A stretch of 64,000 bases of DNA from an uncultured Verrucomicrobiae bacterium (GCA_963764165.1 CAVXRD010000002.1:2528001-2592000), one strand, 5' to 3'. Shown: positions 19,466 through 29,378, counted from the first letter of the stretch. Translations and numbers: made by a program. The notes: generated from the sequence alone by a model not told the origin.

Positions 19466-20728
19466 TTAAGCGCGAACCTCCGCGCGGCCTTCGGCACTGA
19501 GCAGGCTTTCGAATTCCCGCAGGCTGGGCTTGATCTCCTGGGCGCGACCGGTGTGGCCGGCGACGGCATCCAGCGTTTTCAAACCATTGCCCGTGATGCA
19601 CAACACGGCGGAATCATCCGCCGGAATGGCGCCTGAGGCAATGAGTTTCTTGGCCACGCCAACGGTCACGCCGCCAGCGGTTTCGGCGAAAATGCCTTCG
19701 CATTCCGCCAGCAATTTGATGCCTTCGCGGATTTGGTCGTCGGTGACGTCCTCGGCCCGTCCGCCCGTTTCCTTCATCACGCGCAGGGCGTAGAAACCGT
19801 CGGCGGGAGTGCCGATGGCGAGGGACTTGGCGATGGTGTTCGGCTTGACGGGTTTGAAGAAATCCAGCCCGGCCTTTTGCGCGGTGGAGATGGGCGAGCA
19901 ACCGGTCGCCTGCGCGCCGTGAATCTTGTATGTTTTTTCGGGGGCGAGGCCGAGTTTGGACGCTTCCTGGTAACTCTTGTGAATCTTCGTCAGCAACGAG
20001 CCGGAGGCCATCGGGATGACGGTGTGGTTGGGAATCTTCCAGCCCAATTGCTCGACGACTTCCAAGCCGATGCTCTTGGAGCCTTCGGCGTAATAGGGGC
20101 GCATATTGACGTTCACGAACGCCCACGGATACTTGCCCGCGATTTCCGCGCACAGGCGGTTAACCTCGTCGTAATGGCCTTTGATGCCGACAACGGTGGC
20201 GTTGTAAATCAGTGAATTCAACACCTTGCCTTCTTCGAGATCGGACGGGATGAAGACATAAGCCTTCAATCCGGCGGCGGCGGCGTTGGCGGCCACAGAG
20301 TTGGCGAGATTGCCGGTTGAAGCGCAGGCGACGGTGGTGAAGCCCAGTTCACGGGCGCGGCTCAAAGCGACACTGACGACGCGGTCCTTGAACGAAAGCG
20401 TGGGATAATTGACGGCGTCGTTCTTAATCCAAAGCTCGCGAATGCCGAGGCGGCGGGCCAAGCGATCCGCCTTAATCAAAGGTGTAAAACCAACTTCCAG
20501 CCCGACTGTCGGATCGCCCGCCACCGGCAGAAGCTCGCGGTAACGCCACATGCTTTTCGGGCGCGATTGAATGGCAGCGCGGGTCATCGATTGTTTAATG
20601 CGCTCGTAATCGTAAACGACTTCGAGCGGGCCGAAATCGAACTCGCAAACGTGGTTTGCGGTGAGCGCATATTCGCGTCCGCACTCGCGGCACTTGAGCG
20701 CCTTCATAAAGCTGGCATGTTTTTCCAT
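19466..20728 (-). CDS. thrC: Threonine synthase-like PLP enzyme (possibly O-phosphohomoserine sulfhydrylase)
   Basis: CRECG zinc ribbon, PTLSFKDR (PLP Lys), ASTGNLANS, EGSKS, PMASGSL, ITGNGLK. Confidence 0.85.
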   Translation of the reverse strand: MEKHASFMKALKCRECGREYALTANHVCEFDFGPLEVVYDYERIKQSMTRAAIQSRPKSMWRYRELLPVAGDPTVGLEVGFTPLIKADRLARRLGIRELWIKNDAVNYPTLSFKDRVVSVALSRARELGFTTVACASTGNLANSVAANAAAAGLKAYVFIPSDLEEGKVLNSLIYNATVVGIKGHYDEVNRLCAEIAGKYPWAFVNVNMRPYYAEGSKSIGLEVVEQLGWKIPNHTVIPMASGSLLTKIHKSYQEASKLGLAPEKTYKIHGAQATGCSPISTAQKAGLDFFKPVKPNTIAKSLAIGTPADGFYALRVMKETGGRAEDVTDDQIREGIKLLAECEGIFAETAGGVTVGVAKKLIASGAIPADDSAVLCITGNGLKTLDAVAGHTGRAQEIKPSLREFESLLSAEGRAEVRA

Positions 20729-20808
20729 AGTCTTCACTCGCTTTGGGGGCGCGAAATTGCCCCATCCCATATCAGGATCGGGAGAAGAGGAATCGACAGA
20801 AGACGCTC

Positions 20809-20941
20809 TTCTCATTTTTGCCCGCCGGATGGCAAGAACGGCTTGCGCGCCCTCGGGCTGGAATTGGCACCCGCCGCTGCATTGCTGCCGCCGGTTGCCG
20901 TGGTTTCATAGGGCCAGTCCCTCCACCACTCTGAATGAGAT
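20809..20941 (-). ncRNA. SAM-I (S-box) riboswitch
   Basis: Minus strand reads CTCATTCAGAGTGGTGGAGGGACTGGCCCTATGAAACCACGGCAACC...GGTGCCAATTCCAGC...AAAATGAG, matching the SAM-I P1/P2/P3/P4 consensus; lies ~80 nt upstream of the ThrC-like start. Confidence 0.93.
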
Positions 20942-21082
20942 TCGTTTTATCAACGAATGCGGATATATTGATTGAAGCATTTAATCCTGTCAACCGGGAA
21001 ATTTCGCGTTATTTTAAACGAAAGCGCTTTGAATCGGCAATTACATCGCCTAGCCTTGTACAGTGAGAAGGATGGTCGGAAA

Positions 21083-22738
21083 ATGAAACTGTGGCGCAAC
21101 CCAGGGTTGCTGATTCTTTGCCTTATTCTCACGGGCCTTCTCGTTTCCCCAAAAGCCAGCGCAAACGTGTATGCGACGGATATTCGCATCAACGGCTCGT
21201 GCCGGGCGGGAGTTGTTGTTCCTGGCAGCCCGGTCACCATCAGTTACATCCTCAATGACAATGCGAGCCGAGTCTCGCTTTCCATCCTATCGGGCACAAA
21301 TACGATCAGAACGATCACCTCGGACACGGGTGATGCGGGCACGAATGCCGGCTTTAATTCGGTGCTCTGGAACGGAACCAATGGCGCCGGCGCGGCCGCC
21401 GCCGTCGGCGAATATCAAGTGAGCATCACCGCGTCCTCGATGGGCTATGACAGCTGGACCAACATTACCGATGACAGCACGAATTTCGAGGTGTTTTTCC
21501 CTGTCAGCATTGCTGTAAACAACAACACCAACAGCCCTTTTTACGGTCGCGTTTTTGTGGGAAACGCCGCTTCCGGCCAGATCAGTGACGGAGAGGCGAT
21601 GACTCCAGGCATGCTCAAATACAACGCGGATGGCAGTCCCGCGGACGAGGGCTGGTTTGGCACCGGCGGGTATCCATGGACGGGCGGAAAGTTTTTCAAC
21701 CCCAGCCCGTGGAAAATGTGCGTCGGCCCCGATGACCGCCTCTACGTCGAGGACTGGTCAGCGGAGGGAGTGGTCATGTCTTTTGACGAGGTTTTATCGA
21801 CCAACTATGTCAACGTGCTCACCTCCTACAACTATCCAGACCCGAACGTTAATTTGAGCGGCGTGTCTGTCTGCCGATCGGGAACGAACCTTCAACTTTA
21901 CATGGCCGATTATACCCCGGACGGGGTCGGAATTGTTTCATGGGATTTCCCTGCTTGCGGGGCAATTGCCAGCAACGATATGGGAGAAATCGATGTCACC
22001 ATGACGAACGGCTCGGATCTGGATTACGCGCCGTATTCCGTTTCGGTGGGAACCAACGGAGACATTTTCACCATTCAACAGGGATGGCAGACGACTAACG
22101 ATCCCACGCCGAAAACACTCTGTTTTCCCCCGCCGCCGTCGAACGGCCCACCGGACACAACCTCCATCTGGGAGAATGGAACGAACGATTCGACGCAGGT
22201 CAATAATACGGGCGTGGCTGTGGACCCGGCCGAAACTTATGTGGCAGTCGCTTCAAGGGGTTACGGGTCGCAGGGCGACGATTTTCAGGGCGACCTCAGC
22301 ATTTTTATGGCTGGGACCGGGGATCTCGTCACGAATTTCTTCTCGGATCCTGAGGGCGATTCGCGCCAGGAGTTTATTGATGTGGCATGGGACAACGTCG
22401 GCAATCTTTACACCGTATTCGGAGCGGAATCCTTTGCCCTTGAAGGTTGGCGGGTGTATTCGCCGCCCGGCTCCAATCAAGCAACGACTGTTTCCGTGCC
22501 GTTTATCCAGGTTTACCGATCACTCACGCCACCGCAATTGAGCCAGCCGATTCTTGCGCAGGGTCAATTGAATTTCAAACTGACGGGCCAGACCAATGTG
22601 ACCTATGTCATCCAGCAATCAACGGATTTGATGAGCTGGATGCCCGTTGCCACGAACTTCAGCAAAAGGGCCGTCTCTGCAATTTCGGTGACTCCGACCG
22701 GCGCCGCTGGCTTCTACCGCGCCGCAACCGCGCCGTAA
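21083..22738 (+). CDS. Secreted protein: FlgD-like Ig domain, probable beta-propeller and Verrucomicrobia-type C-terminal module
   Basis: Signal peptide; ISYILN..ASRVSLSI..G.NSVLWNG..GEYQVSI; C-terminal YVIQQSTDLMSW..ATN..FYRA. Confidence 0.7.
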   Translation: MKLWRNPGLLILCLILTGLLVSPKASANVYATDIRINGSCRAGVVVPGSPVTISYILNDNASRVSLSILSGTNTIRTITSDTGDAGTNAGFNSVLWNGTNGAGAAAAVGEYQVSITASSMGYDSWTNITDDSTNFEVFFPVSIAVNNNTNSPFYGRVFVGNAASGQISDGEAMTPGMLKYNADGSPADEGWFGTGGYPWTGGKFFNPSPWKMCVGPDDRLYVEDWSAEGVVMSFDEVLSTNYVNVLTSYNYPDPNVNLSGVSVCRSGTNLQLYMADYTPDGVGIVSWDFPACGAIASNDMGEIDVTMTNGSDLDYAPYSVSVGTNGDIFTIQQGWQTTNDPTPKTLCFPPPPSNGPPDTTSIWENGTNDSTQVNNTGVAVDPAETYVAVASRGYGSQGDDFQGDLSIFMAGTGDLVTNFFSDPEGDSRQEFIDVAWDNVGNLYTVFGAESFALEGWRVYSPPGSNQATTVSVPFIQVYRSLTPPQLSQPILAQGQLNFKLTGQTNVTYVIQQSTDLMSWMPVATNFSKRAVSAISVTPTGAAGFYRAATAP

Positions 22739-22879
22739 AGCCTTTTGGATGGGAGCCGCGGAAGGATTTCCATCTCCGTTCCAAAGGGCTTCCTGCTGTT
22801 CAAATTTTCATGTGGGCCCGCCGCCGCCGGGAAGCATAAGGCGGCTGAACCCGGCAATTGTCCGCCCCACCCAAGGAAA

Positions 22880-24211
22880 TCAAGGCGTGACGAGCTTGGC
22901 GGAAGCGACACGCGACGGGGACGGCGCGCGCTGGGAATAAAGAAGGATTCCTTTAAGAAGATCCATGGCGCGATTAAGCTGGCGATCCTGCACGGCGAGC
23001 ACTTTGATCCGATCCTTTTCGTCGAGGGCTTCCAATGCGCCGCTCATGTGCCTGAGCATCAGACTCTGCTCATCTTCCTGCGACATCGGGACGACAATGT
23101 CCGGCGTGATGCCATGCTGGTGGATGACTTTGTTGCTCGGCGTGTAATACTTCGCCGTTGTCAAACGAAGGGCGGAACCATCCGCCAGCGGCAGGATGCT
23201 CTGCACGGAGCCTTTGCCGAACGTTTGCTCGCCGACGATGATCGCGTGGGTCGTCGATTGCAGATCCTGCATGCAGCCCGCCACGATTTCCGACGCGCTG
23301 GCGCTGTCGCCGTTGACGAGAATCACGATGGGCAACTCGAAGCGTTTGCCATGATAATTGGCCCGGTATTCCGAACGCGCCGCCGGGCCGCGCCCGATGG
23401 TCGACACCACGAGTTGGCCCCGCGGCAGAAATTTCTCGCAAACCTGCCCGGCCTGCTCCAAAAGGCCGCCCGGATTCTCGCGCAAATCCATGATGAGCGC
23501 GCGCATGCCCTGGTCGCTCAATTTATGAAGCGCCTTGTCCAATTCGTCCGACGTCTTTTCGCCAAATTGCGTCAGGCGGACATAACCAATGTTGTCCGGC
23601 CCGAGGGGGAACTCTTCCTTGTCGTTGATGTCTTTGACGGTGTCTACTTTGATGATGGCGCGGGCGAGGTCGTACTCCTTGACCTGGCCGGTGGACGGGC
23701 GCCGGATCGTGAGTTTCACCGTCGTCCCCGGCTCGCCGCGAAGCTGTTTCACCGCGTCATCGATGTCATAGCGAGTGGCGGCTTTGCCATTGATTTTGAG
23801 AAGCTGGTCAAGCGGCAAAATGCCCGCCTTGCTGCCGGGGCTGTCCTCCATCGGCGTGATAACCGTCAGGACGCCCGCTTTCATTTGCACTATGATTCCG
23901 ACGCCGCCGAATTCGCCCTCGGTATCCTTTTTCAACTCGTCGAATTTCTGGAGATCCATGAACTCGCTGTGTGGATCCAGGCTGTTGAGCATCCCTTTGA
24001 GCGCGCCGTGGATCAGATCCTGATAGGTGAGCTTGTCGCCGTCGACATACTCGGCGCGAACCTTTTCGAGGACGTCGGCCAGCAATTTGTAATTTTCGTA
24101 CGGATCATCCTTTTCCGAGGCGCGGGCGCTGTAGACATAAATCTCGGCCCCGAAGAAGAAATTGACACAAAGCGCGGCCACGAGGATCCCAAAGAAAATG
24201 CGGCGATTCAT
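22880..24211 (-). CDS. ctpA: Carboxyl-terminal processing protease (S41, PDZ)
   Basis: LDPHS, FGGVGI, DLRENPGGLL, SASASEIVAG, TFGKGSVQ, GITPD. Confidence 0.93.
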   Translation of the reverse strand: MNRRIFFGILVAALCVNFFFGAEIYVYSARASEKDDPYENYKLLADVLEKVRAEYVDGDKLTYQDLIHGALKGMLNSLDPHSEFMDLQKFDELKKDTEGEFGGVGIIVQMKAGVLTVITPMEDSPGSKAGILPLDQLLKINGKAATRYDIDDAVKQLRGEPGTTVKLTIRRPSTGQVKEYDLARAIIKVDTVKDINDKEEFPLGPDNIGYVRLTQFGEKTSDELDKALHKLSDQGMRALIMDLRENPGGLLEQAGQVCEKFLPRGQLVVSTIGRGPAARSEYRANYHGKRFELPIVILVNGDSASASEIVAGCMQDLQSTTHAIIVGEQTFGKGSVQSILPLADGSALRLTTAKYYTPSNKVIHQHGITPDIVVPMSQEDEQSLMLRHMSGALEALDEKDRIKVLAVQDRQLNRAMDLLKGILLYSQRAPSPSRVASAKLVTP

Positions 24212-24289
24212 AAAGCTGATCGAATAAACTGCGCCGCAGTATAACGGCGACCATCCGCTTTGGCAAGAAAGGAGCGATTAATAATCGCG

Positions 24290-25105
24290 TCAAACCGTCA
24301 TCGACAAATAACCGCCGTCTACCCGCAAGTCCGAACCGGTGACGAAACTGCTCGCTTCCGTGCTGGCCAGGAACACAACGGCGCCGATCAATTCATCCGG
24401 CTTGCCAAACCGTCCCATCGGCGTGTGCGCGAGAATGCTCCTGGCTCGCGTGGTCGGGGCGCCGTTTTCGTCAAATAAAAGGCGGCGGTTTTGTTCCGCC
24501 GGAAAAAAGCCGGGCGTGATCGTGTTCACGCGCACCTGGTGCGGCGCCCATTCCCGGGCCAGGAATTGGGAAAGATTCAGCACCGCTGCCTTGGAAGCGG
24601 AATAGGCAGCCACGCGGGAGAGCGGCACATGCGAGGCGATGCTGGCAACGTTAATAATGCTGCCACGCTTGCGTTTCACCATGCCCGGCCCAAAAACCTG
24701 GCAGGGCAAAAGAACGCCGCCGACTAGATTGAGATCGAAATTCGCCTGCCAATCACCCAGCGCGATCTGGTCGAATTTAAGTTCGTCGGTGACGGTTACC
24801 TTCGGATCGTTTCCGCCCGCCGCATTGAGAAGAACGGTCGGAATCCCCAGCTCCACTTCAACCTGCCGGAGCGCCTGTTCCAAACTTGCGCGGGAAACGG
24901 CGTCCGCGAAGAAAAATTTCGCGGTGCCATGCGCTTCGGCAATGCGTTTGACACAAGCCGCGCCGCGTTCGGCGCTGCGGCCAAGGATGGCAACCTTCGC
25001 GCCCGCCCGCGCCAGGCCTTCGGCCATCGCGCCGCCCAAGGCGCCCGTGCCTCCAATGACCACCGCGACGTCGCCAAAAAGATCGAACAACATAGATGCG
25101 CTCAT
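24290..25105 (-). CDS. SDR oxidoreductase (D-mannonate/gluconate oxidoreductase-like)
   Basis: GGTGALG, NAAGGN, YSASK, PGFFPAEQNR, HTPMGRFG, VDGG. Confidence 0.88.
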   Translation of the reverse strand: MSASMLFDLFGDVAVVIGGTGALGGAMAEGLARAGAKVAILGRSAERGAACVKRIAEAHGTAKFFFADAVSRASLEQALRQVEVELGIPTVLLNAAGGNDPKVTVTDELKFDQIALGDWQANFDLNLVGGVLLPCQVFGPGMVKRKRGSIINVASIASHVPLSRVAAYSASKAAVLNLSQFLAREWAPHQVRVNTITPGFFPAEQNRRLLFDENGAPTTRARSILAHTPMGRFGKPDELIGAVVFLASTEASSFVTGSDLRVDGGYLSMTV

Positions 25106-25145
25106 GGTTAGATCCTTCGCCCCCGGTTCAAAAGCCAAAAGCTTT

Positions 25146-25598
25146 TTACTGGCCACTGGGCAGACCTGGCGTGGCCAGCATTTGGCGGGCTTCCTCGGCG
25201 TGCTTGCCGTTTGGGAAATGTTCGAGATACAAATTGTAATCCGCCACCGTGTTGGCGCCTTTGGCCCGGCGCCAGAAAAATTCATCCTGCTTCGATTGCC
25301 GCTCCAATTTGCTTTCGGCTTTTGACTTGGCGGTATTGTGCGGGGCCATCGCGTAAAGTCTTTCCGCTTGCGCTTCCTCCGCCTTGGTTTCCTCGTGCCT
25401 CCGGCTCATGGCAAGCCCGATCCTGGCCAATTCAGCGTGGCTGCCGTCTGGCCATCTGCCGAGGTAATTCAGATAGCTGTCAGAATGCCTCTCCGCATTG
25501 GTCCAAGTCCAATCGACCCGCTCGCGCGTAAACGGGAGCAGCGTGGCCGCCAAAATCAGCGCCAGCAGCGCGAGGACAATTTTTCTGCTGCAACTCAT
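25146..25598 (-). CDS. Hypothetical exported/membrane protein with two YLxxxPxGxHA repeats
   Basis: Hydrophobic N-terminus; YLGRWPDGSHAELA and YLEHFPNGKHAEEA. Confidence 0.6.
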   Translation of the reverse strand: MSCSRKIVLALLALILAATLLPFTRERVDWTWTNAERHSDSYLNYLGRWPDGSHAELARIGLAMSRRHEETKAEEAQAERLYAMAPHNTAKSKAESKLERQSKQDEFFWRRAKGANTVADYNLYLEHFPNGKHAEEARQMLATPGLPSGQ

Positions 25599-25647
25599 CG
25601 CCAAACTCTTTATCAATTCCGCTCGCGCAAAGCAACTGCCATCGTTC

Positions 25648-26670
25648 TCAAGCGCTCCGTTCCGCGCCCGGCGCATCATTAAGGTCGGCAAAGATAATGA
25701 TTCCCGCCCCGGTTTGCAGGAGGCTCAAGACTTTGATCGTGACCTGCTGGCCAATCATAGTCTGGGCGCGGTTGATGACCACCATCGTGCCATCGTTCAA
25801 GTAGCCGATGCCCTGGCCCTTGTCTTTGCCTTCGCGCACGACCCGCAGGGTGAAAACCTCGCCGGGCAGGATGACGGGCTTCAGCGCGTTGGACAATTCG
25901 TTTAAATTCACATAGGGCACCGATTGCAATTCCGCCACTTTGCCAAGGTTGTAATCGTTGGTGTAAAGTTTTGCCCCGAGCACGTGCGCCAGCCGCACCA
26001 GCTTGGAATCGACTTCCGTTTCCTCGGGAAAATCGGCGTCGTGAATGCGGACTTCGTTCTGCTTGTTCTGGCGCAGCCGCGTCAGCATTTCCAGGCCGCG
26101 GCGGCCGCGGGCGCGGATGACCGGGTCGTTGGAGTCGGCGATTTTTTGCAGCTCGTTCAGGACAAATCGAGGCACGATCAGGGTACCCTGGACGAAATTC
26201 GCCTCGATCAAATCCGCGATGCGCCCGTCAATGATAACGCTCGTGTCCAGCAGCAGCGGAGTTTCCGAGCCGGTTTGCGGCGCGAACCGCACATATGGGA
26301 TAATCAGCGAGAAATCCTCCTTGTTGCTGCGCATGGCCAGCACCATGCCGAGGTAGCTGAAAGACAGGAAAAGGGACAGCCGGACGACGCGCCGCTGCGC
26401 CGTGTCCGAATTGTCAAGCAAAGCGGAATGGTCGATGAGCCACGCCACCACCGAGCCGAGAAAAAGCCCGAAGGTCGCCGCCGAAAAGGCGCGCAGGGAA
26501 AAGCCCTTCAGCATCTCATCCAGCGCAATGCAAAGCCCCCCCAGGCCGAACCCGATCACCATCCCGCGCGTCGCGTTATCCACCCATTCAGGCCGGACCT
26601 GGCTGATTTCATAACCCCCGACCACGCACAGGGAGAGAAAAAGAATTCGGATGACCCAGAGTGGTCTCAT
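25648..26670 (-). CDS. Membrane PIN/TRAM-domain protein (YacL-like)
   Basis: Four TMs; LLDTSVIIDGRI, RGRRGL, TNDYNL, GYLNDGTMVV. Confidence 0.92.
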   Translation of the reverse strand: MRPLWVIRILFLSLCVVGGYEISQVRPEWVDNATRGMVIGFGLGGLCIALDEMLKGFSLRAFSAATFGLFLGSVVAWLIDHSALLDNSDTAQRRVVRLSLFLSFSYLGMVLAMRSNKEDFSLIIPYVRFAPQTGSETPLLLDTSVIIDGRIADLIEANFVQGTLIVPRFVLNELQKIADSNDPVIRARGRRGLEMLTRLRQNKQNEVRIHDADFPEETEVDSKLVRLAHVLGAKLYTNDYNLGKVAELQSVPYVNLNELSNALKPVILPGEVFTLRVVREGKDKGQGIGYLNDGTMVVINRAQTMIGQQVTIKVLSLLQTGAGIIIFADLNDAPGAERSA

Positions 26671-26699
26671 GAAGGTAATTCGCGCGGCGGGCTAATGAT

Positions 26700-27698
26700 C
26701 TAGGGTGAAGCCGCCGCGCCCGAATTGTCTAGCTTTTTGTCCGTGTGTTTCGGTTTCCAGAGCATTGACCAAAAACCCCTCTGATTGATGTTGCTGGCGA
26801 GCGTTCCGAACGAGACAATCGTGGCATTCGCGTTGCTGATCGCCGCCGCGGCCTCCATTTTCATGCTCTCGTCCTTCAACAATCCACCCACCAGGCCCTT
26901 CCCTGCCTGCAAATCTGCTGCTACTTGCTTAATCGAAGCGGAGGAGTCCCGCAAGTTTTGAATGGCGGCGTCCACTCCTGGCCCGTTGGTGGCAATGATG
27001 CGATCCAGGTCGGCTACCGTCGAGTTGAGCTTCTCGGAGAAGGTCTTCAAGTTTGCCACCGCCTGGTCCACCGCCGGGCCGTTGGAATGAACCAAATACT
27101 CCGCCTCCTCCGCCGCCTTGAGCCCCGCCGCGCTGATTTTTTGCAGATTGGCCAGCGCCGCGCCGAGGTTGGTCAGGCTGTGCTCGGAGAGAATGGTGCT
27201 GTTCAAATTATTGACTGACCGGTCGGCGTCCTTCACCAGCACTTGGGCGTGCTCCAGCAAGCCGGACACGGACCGAATGGCCTCCTGCATGTTGAACGGC
27301 GTCCTCCCCAGCACTATGTCTCCATCCTTGAGAAACTGCGTGGCCACGTTCGTGGGCGGCGTGACGGAAATGTATTCGTCGCCCAGGAATCCGAGCGCGT
27401 CGATCTGAAAATCGGAGTTTGTCCGGATGGGATATCTCGAGAGCACCGTCATGTTGACAATCACCGAACGCCCGTCTGGCAGCAACTCCATGCTGGTCGC
27501 CTTGCCAATGGGGATGCCGGCCATCATGATGTCGGCGGTGGGTTTCAGGCCGGCGGCGTTTGGGAGCAGGAGCCTGATTTTGTAAGTGCTCGCGAACAGC
27601 GTCGTGCCGCGGCTGAAACTCAGGATCAGCACGGCTAGCAGCGCCAGCCCGACCGCCACGAAAAAGCCCACTTTGAGTTCAATGCGAGTATCTTTCAT
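26700..27698 (-). CDS. mlaD: MCE/MlaD lipid-transport substrate-binding protein
   Basis: N-terminal TM, AAGLKPTADIMMAGIPIG, GFLGDEYI, helical tail; coupled to mlaF. Confidence 0.88.
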   Translation of the reverse strand: MKDTRIELKVGFFVAVGLALLAVLILSFSRGTTLFASTYKIRLLLPNAAGLKPTADIMMAGIPIGKATSMELLPDGRSVIVNMTVLSRYPIRTNSDFQIDALGFLGDEYISVTPPTNVATQFLKDGDIVLGRTPFNMQEAIRSVSGLLEHAQVLVKDADRSVNNLNSTILSEHSLTNLGAALANLQKISAAGLKAAEEAEYLVHSNGPAVDQAVANLKTFSEKLNSTVADLDRIIATNGPGVDAAIQNLRDSSASIKQVAADLQAGKGLVGGLLKDESMKMEAAAAISNANATIVSFGTLASNINQRGFWSMLWKPKHTDKKLDNSGAAASP

Positions 27699-28447
27699 AA
27701 TTCAAATTCATCCCGGATTTCCGAGATGCCGTTGACAAATTGATGGATGACCGGGTCTTCCGACCGGAAAATTTCCTCCGGCGTCGTGTCCGCGTAAATC
27801 CGGCCCTGGTAAAGCATTAAAATCCTCTTTCCAATGCGGCGCGCGCTCCGCATGTCGTGTGTCACCGCAATCGAGGTGACCTTGAGCTTTTGCACGACCC
27901 GGATAATCAAGTGATCGATGGCATCCGAGGCAATCGGGTCCAGGCCGGTCGTCGGCTCGTCGTAAAGCAGAATGTCCGGCCGATATACAATGGCGCGGGC
28001 CAGTCCGACGCGTTTGCGCATGCCGCCGGAAAGTTCGGACGGCCATTTCTTCTGGATGCCATTCAAACCGACCATGTCCAGCACTTCCTCCACCCGGCAG
28101 GCGATTTCCTTGGCCGAATATTTTCTCTCCCGATTCAGCACGAAGGCGATGTTTTCCTCCACGTTGAGCGAATCAAACAGCGCCGCCCCTTGGAACAGCA
28201 TTCCGAATTGCCGCCGCACCGGCATCAATTGCCGTTCATCCAGGCACGCGATATCCGTTCCGCCAATAAAAATTTCACCTTCGTCCGGCGTCAGCAAGCC
28301 GACGATGTGCTTGAGCAGCACGCTCTTGCCGCCGCCACTGGCTCCAATGATCGTGACCGCCTCGCCCCGCTCAACTGAAAACGAAACGCCCTGAAGCACA
28401 GGAATGCCGCCAAAGCTCTTCTTGACGTCACGAGCCTCGATAATCAT
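27695..28447 (-). CDS. mlaF: MlaF-family ABC ATPase
   Basis: GASGGGKS, FQGAALFDSL, LSGGMRKR, LLYDEPT, VTHD. Confidence 0.92.
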   Translation of the reverse strand: MIIEARDVKKSFGGIPVLQGVSFSVERGEAVTIIGASGGGKSVLLKHIVGLLTPDEGEIFIGGTDIACLDERQLMPVRRQFGMLFQGAALFDSLNVEENIAFVLNRERKYSAKEIACRVEEVLDMVGLNGIQKKWPSELSGGMRKRVGLARAIVYRPDILLYDEPTTGLDPIASDAIDHLIIRVVQKLKVTSIAVTHDMRSARRIGKRILMLYQGRIYADTTPEEIFRSEDPVIHQFVNGISEIRDEFEL

Positions 28448-29217
28448 GGCAGCAGCCGTGTGAGAATGAGCGTCAGGAAGAAATTGCAGACCAAAATCGT
28501 GATGGAAGAATAAACGACCGCCTCGGTGGTGGCCCGGCCCACGCCTTCCGCGCCCTGCGGGCAGTTAAGCCCCTTGTCACACGCAATCAGGGCGATAATT
28601 CCTCCAAAAACGAGAGTCTTGATCATGCCAACCGAAATGTCGTGCAAATCGGTGTGATGCAGCATGTTATACCAAAGATAAGTCGGGTTGATTCCAAGCA
28701 GGCCGGCTCCGAGCAAAAAGCCCGCAAAAATGCCCACGCAGACGGACTCCGCAGTCAGGAGCGGCATGACCAAAAACATCGCCAGGAACCGGGGCACCAC
28801 CAGATAATCGATCGGATGCGCGGCCAGAGTGCGAAGGGCGTCGATCTGCTCGGTTACCCGCATGGTCCCCAATTCCGCCGCCACCGCCGCGCCGACGCGG
28901 CCGGCCACCATCAAACTGGTCAGCACCGGCCCCAGTTGGCTGACCATGCCGACACTAACGACCGCCAGGGTGGCGGTATCCATTTTGACCCTGTGAAATT
29001 GGTTGTAAGTCTGCGCCGCCAGAACCATTCCAGTGAAAGCCCCCGTGATGGTAACGACCGATTGGGATTTCACCCCGATGAAATACATCTGATAGACGAC
29101 ATCGTGCCAGGCGGGTTTGACCTTGGCGAGGGACGCGGCGACATCGCGGCACAAAATGGTGCCGCGCCCCAGCCCATTAAACCACTCCAGAGCAAACTGT
29201 TTAGCCGTTCTCGTCAT
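28444..29217 (-). CDS. mlaE: MlaE-family ABC permease
   Basis: LGPVLTSLMVAGRVGAAVAAELGTMRVTEQIDAL, GAEGVGRATT. Confidence 0.92.
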   Translation of the reverse strand: MTRTAKQFALEWFNGLGRGTILCRDVAASLAKVKPAWHDVVYQMYFIGVKSQSVVTITGAFTGMVLAAQTYNQFHRVKMDTATLAVVSVGMVSQLGPVLTSLMVAGRVGAAVAAELGTMRVTEQIDALRTLAAHPIDYLVVPRFLAMFLVMPLLTAESVCVGIFAGFLLGAGLLGINPTYLWYNMLHHTDLHDISVGMIKTLVFGGIIALIACDKGLNCPQGAEGVGRATTEAVVYSSITILVCNFFLTLILTRLLP

Positions 29218-29378
29218 TCCGACAGGGCACACACTAAATCGCATCCCGGTCAAACGCCAGTGGAGAAAAAGTGGGGGCGGTCAGTGCAACGCCCTCTTTT
29301 TAGCGCGTCGCAAGCCTGCGTCCCATGCTTCGCATCACTCGCATCGCTCCCCTTTCTTTCAGAACCGCGCGACCGCCG

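Noticed and set aside
22745..24244. 499-aa plus-strand ORF
   Set aside because: Antisense shadow of ctpA in high-GC DNA, with no motifs. The same applies to 6022-7038, 52456-53505, 59248-60216 and similar ORFs.
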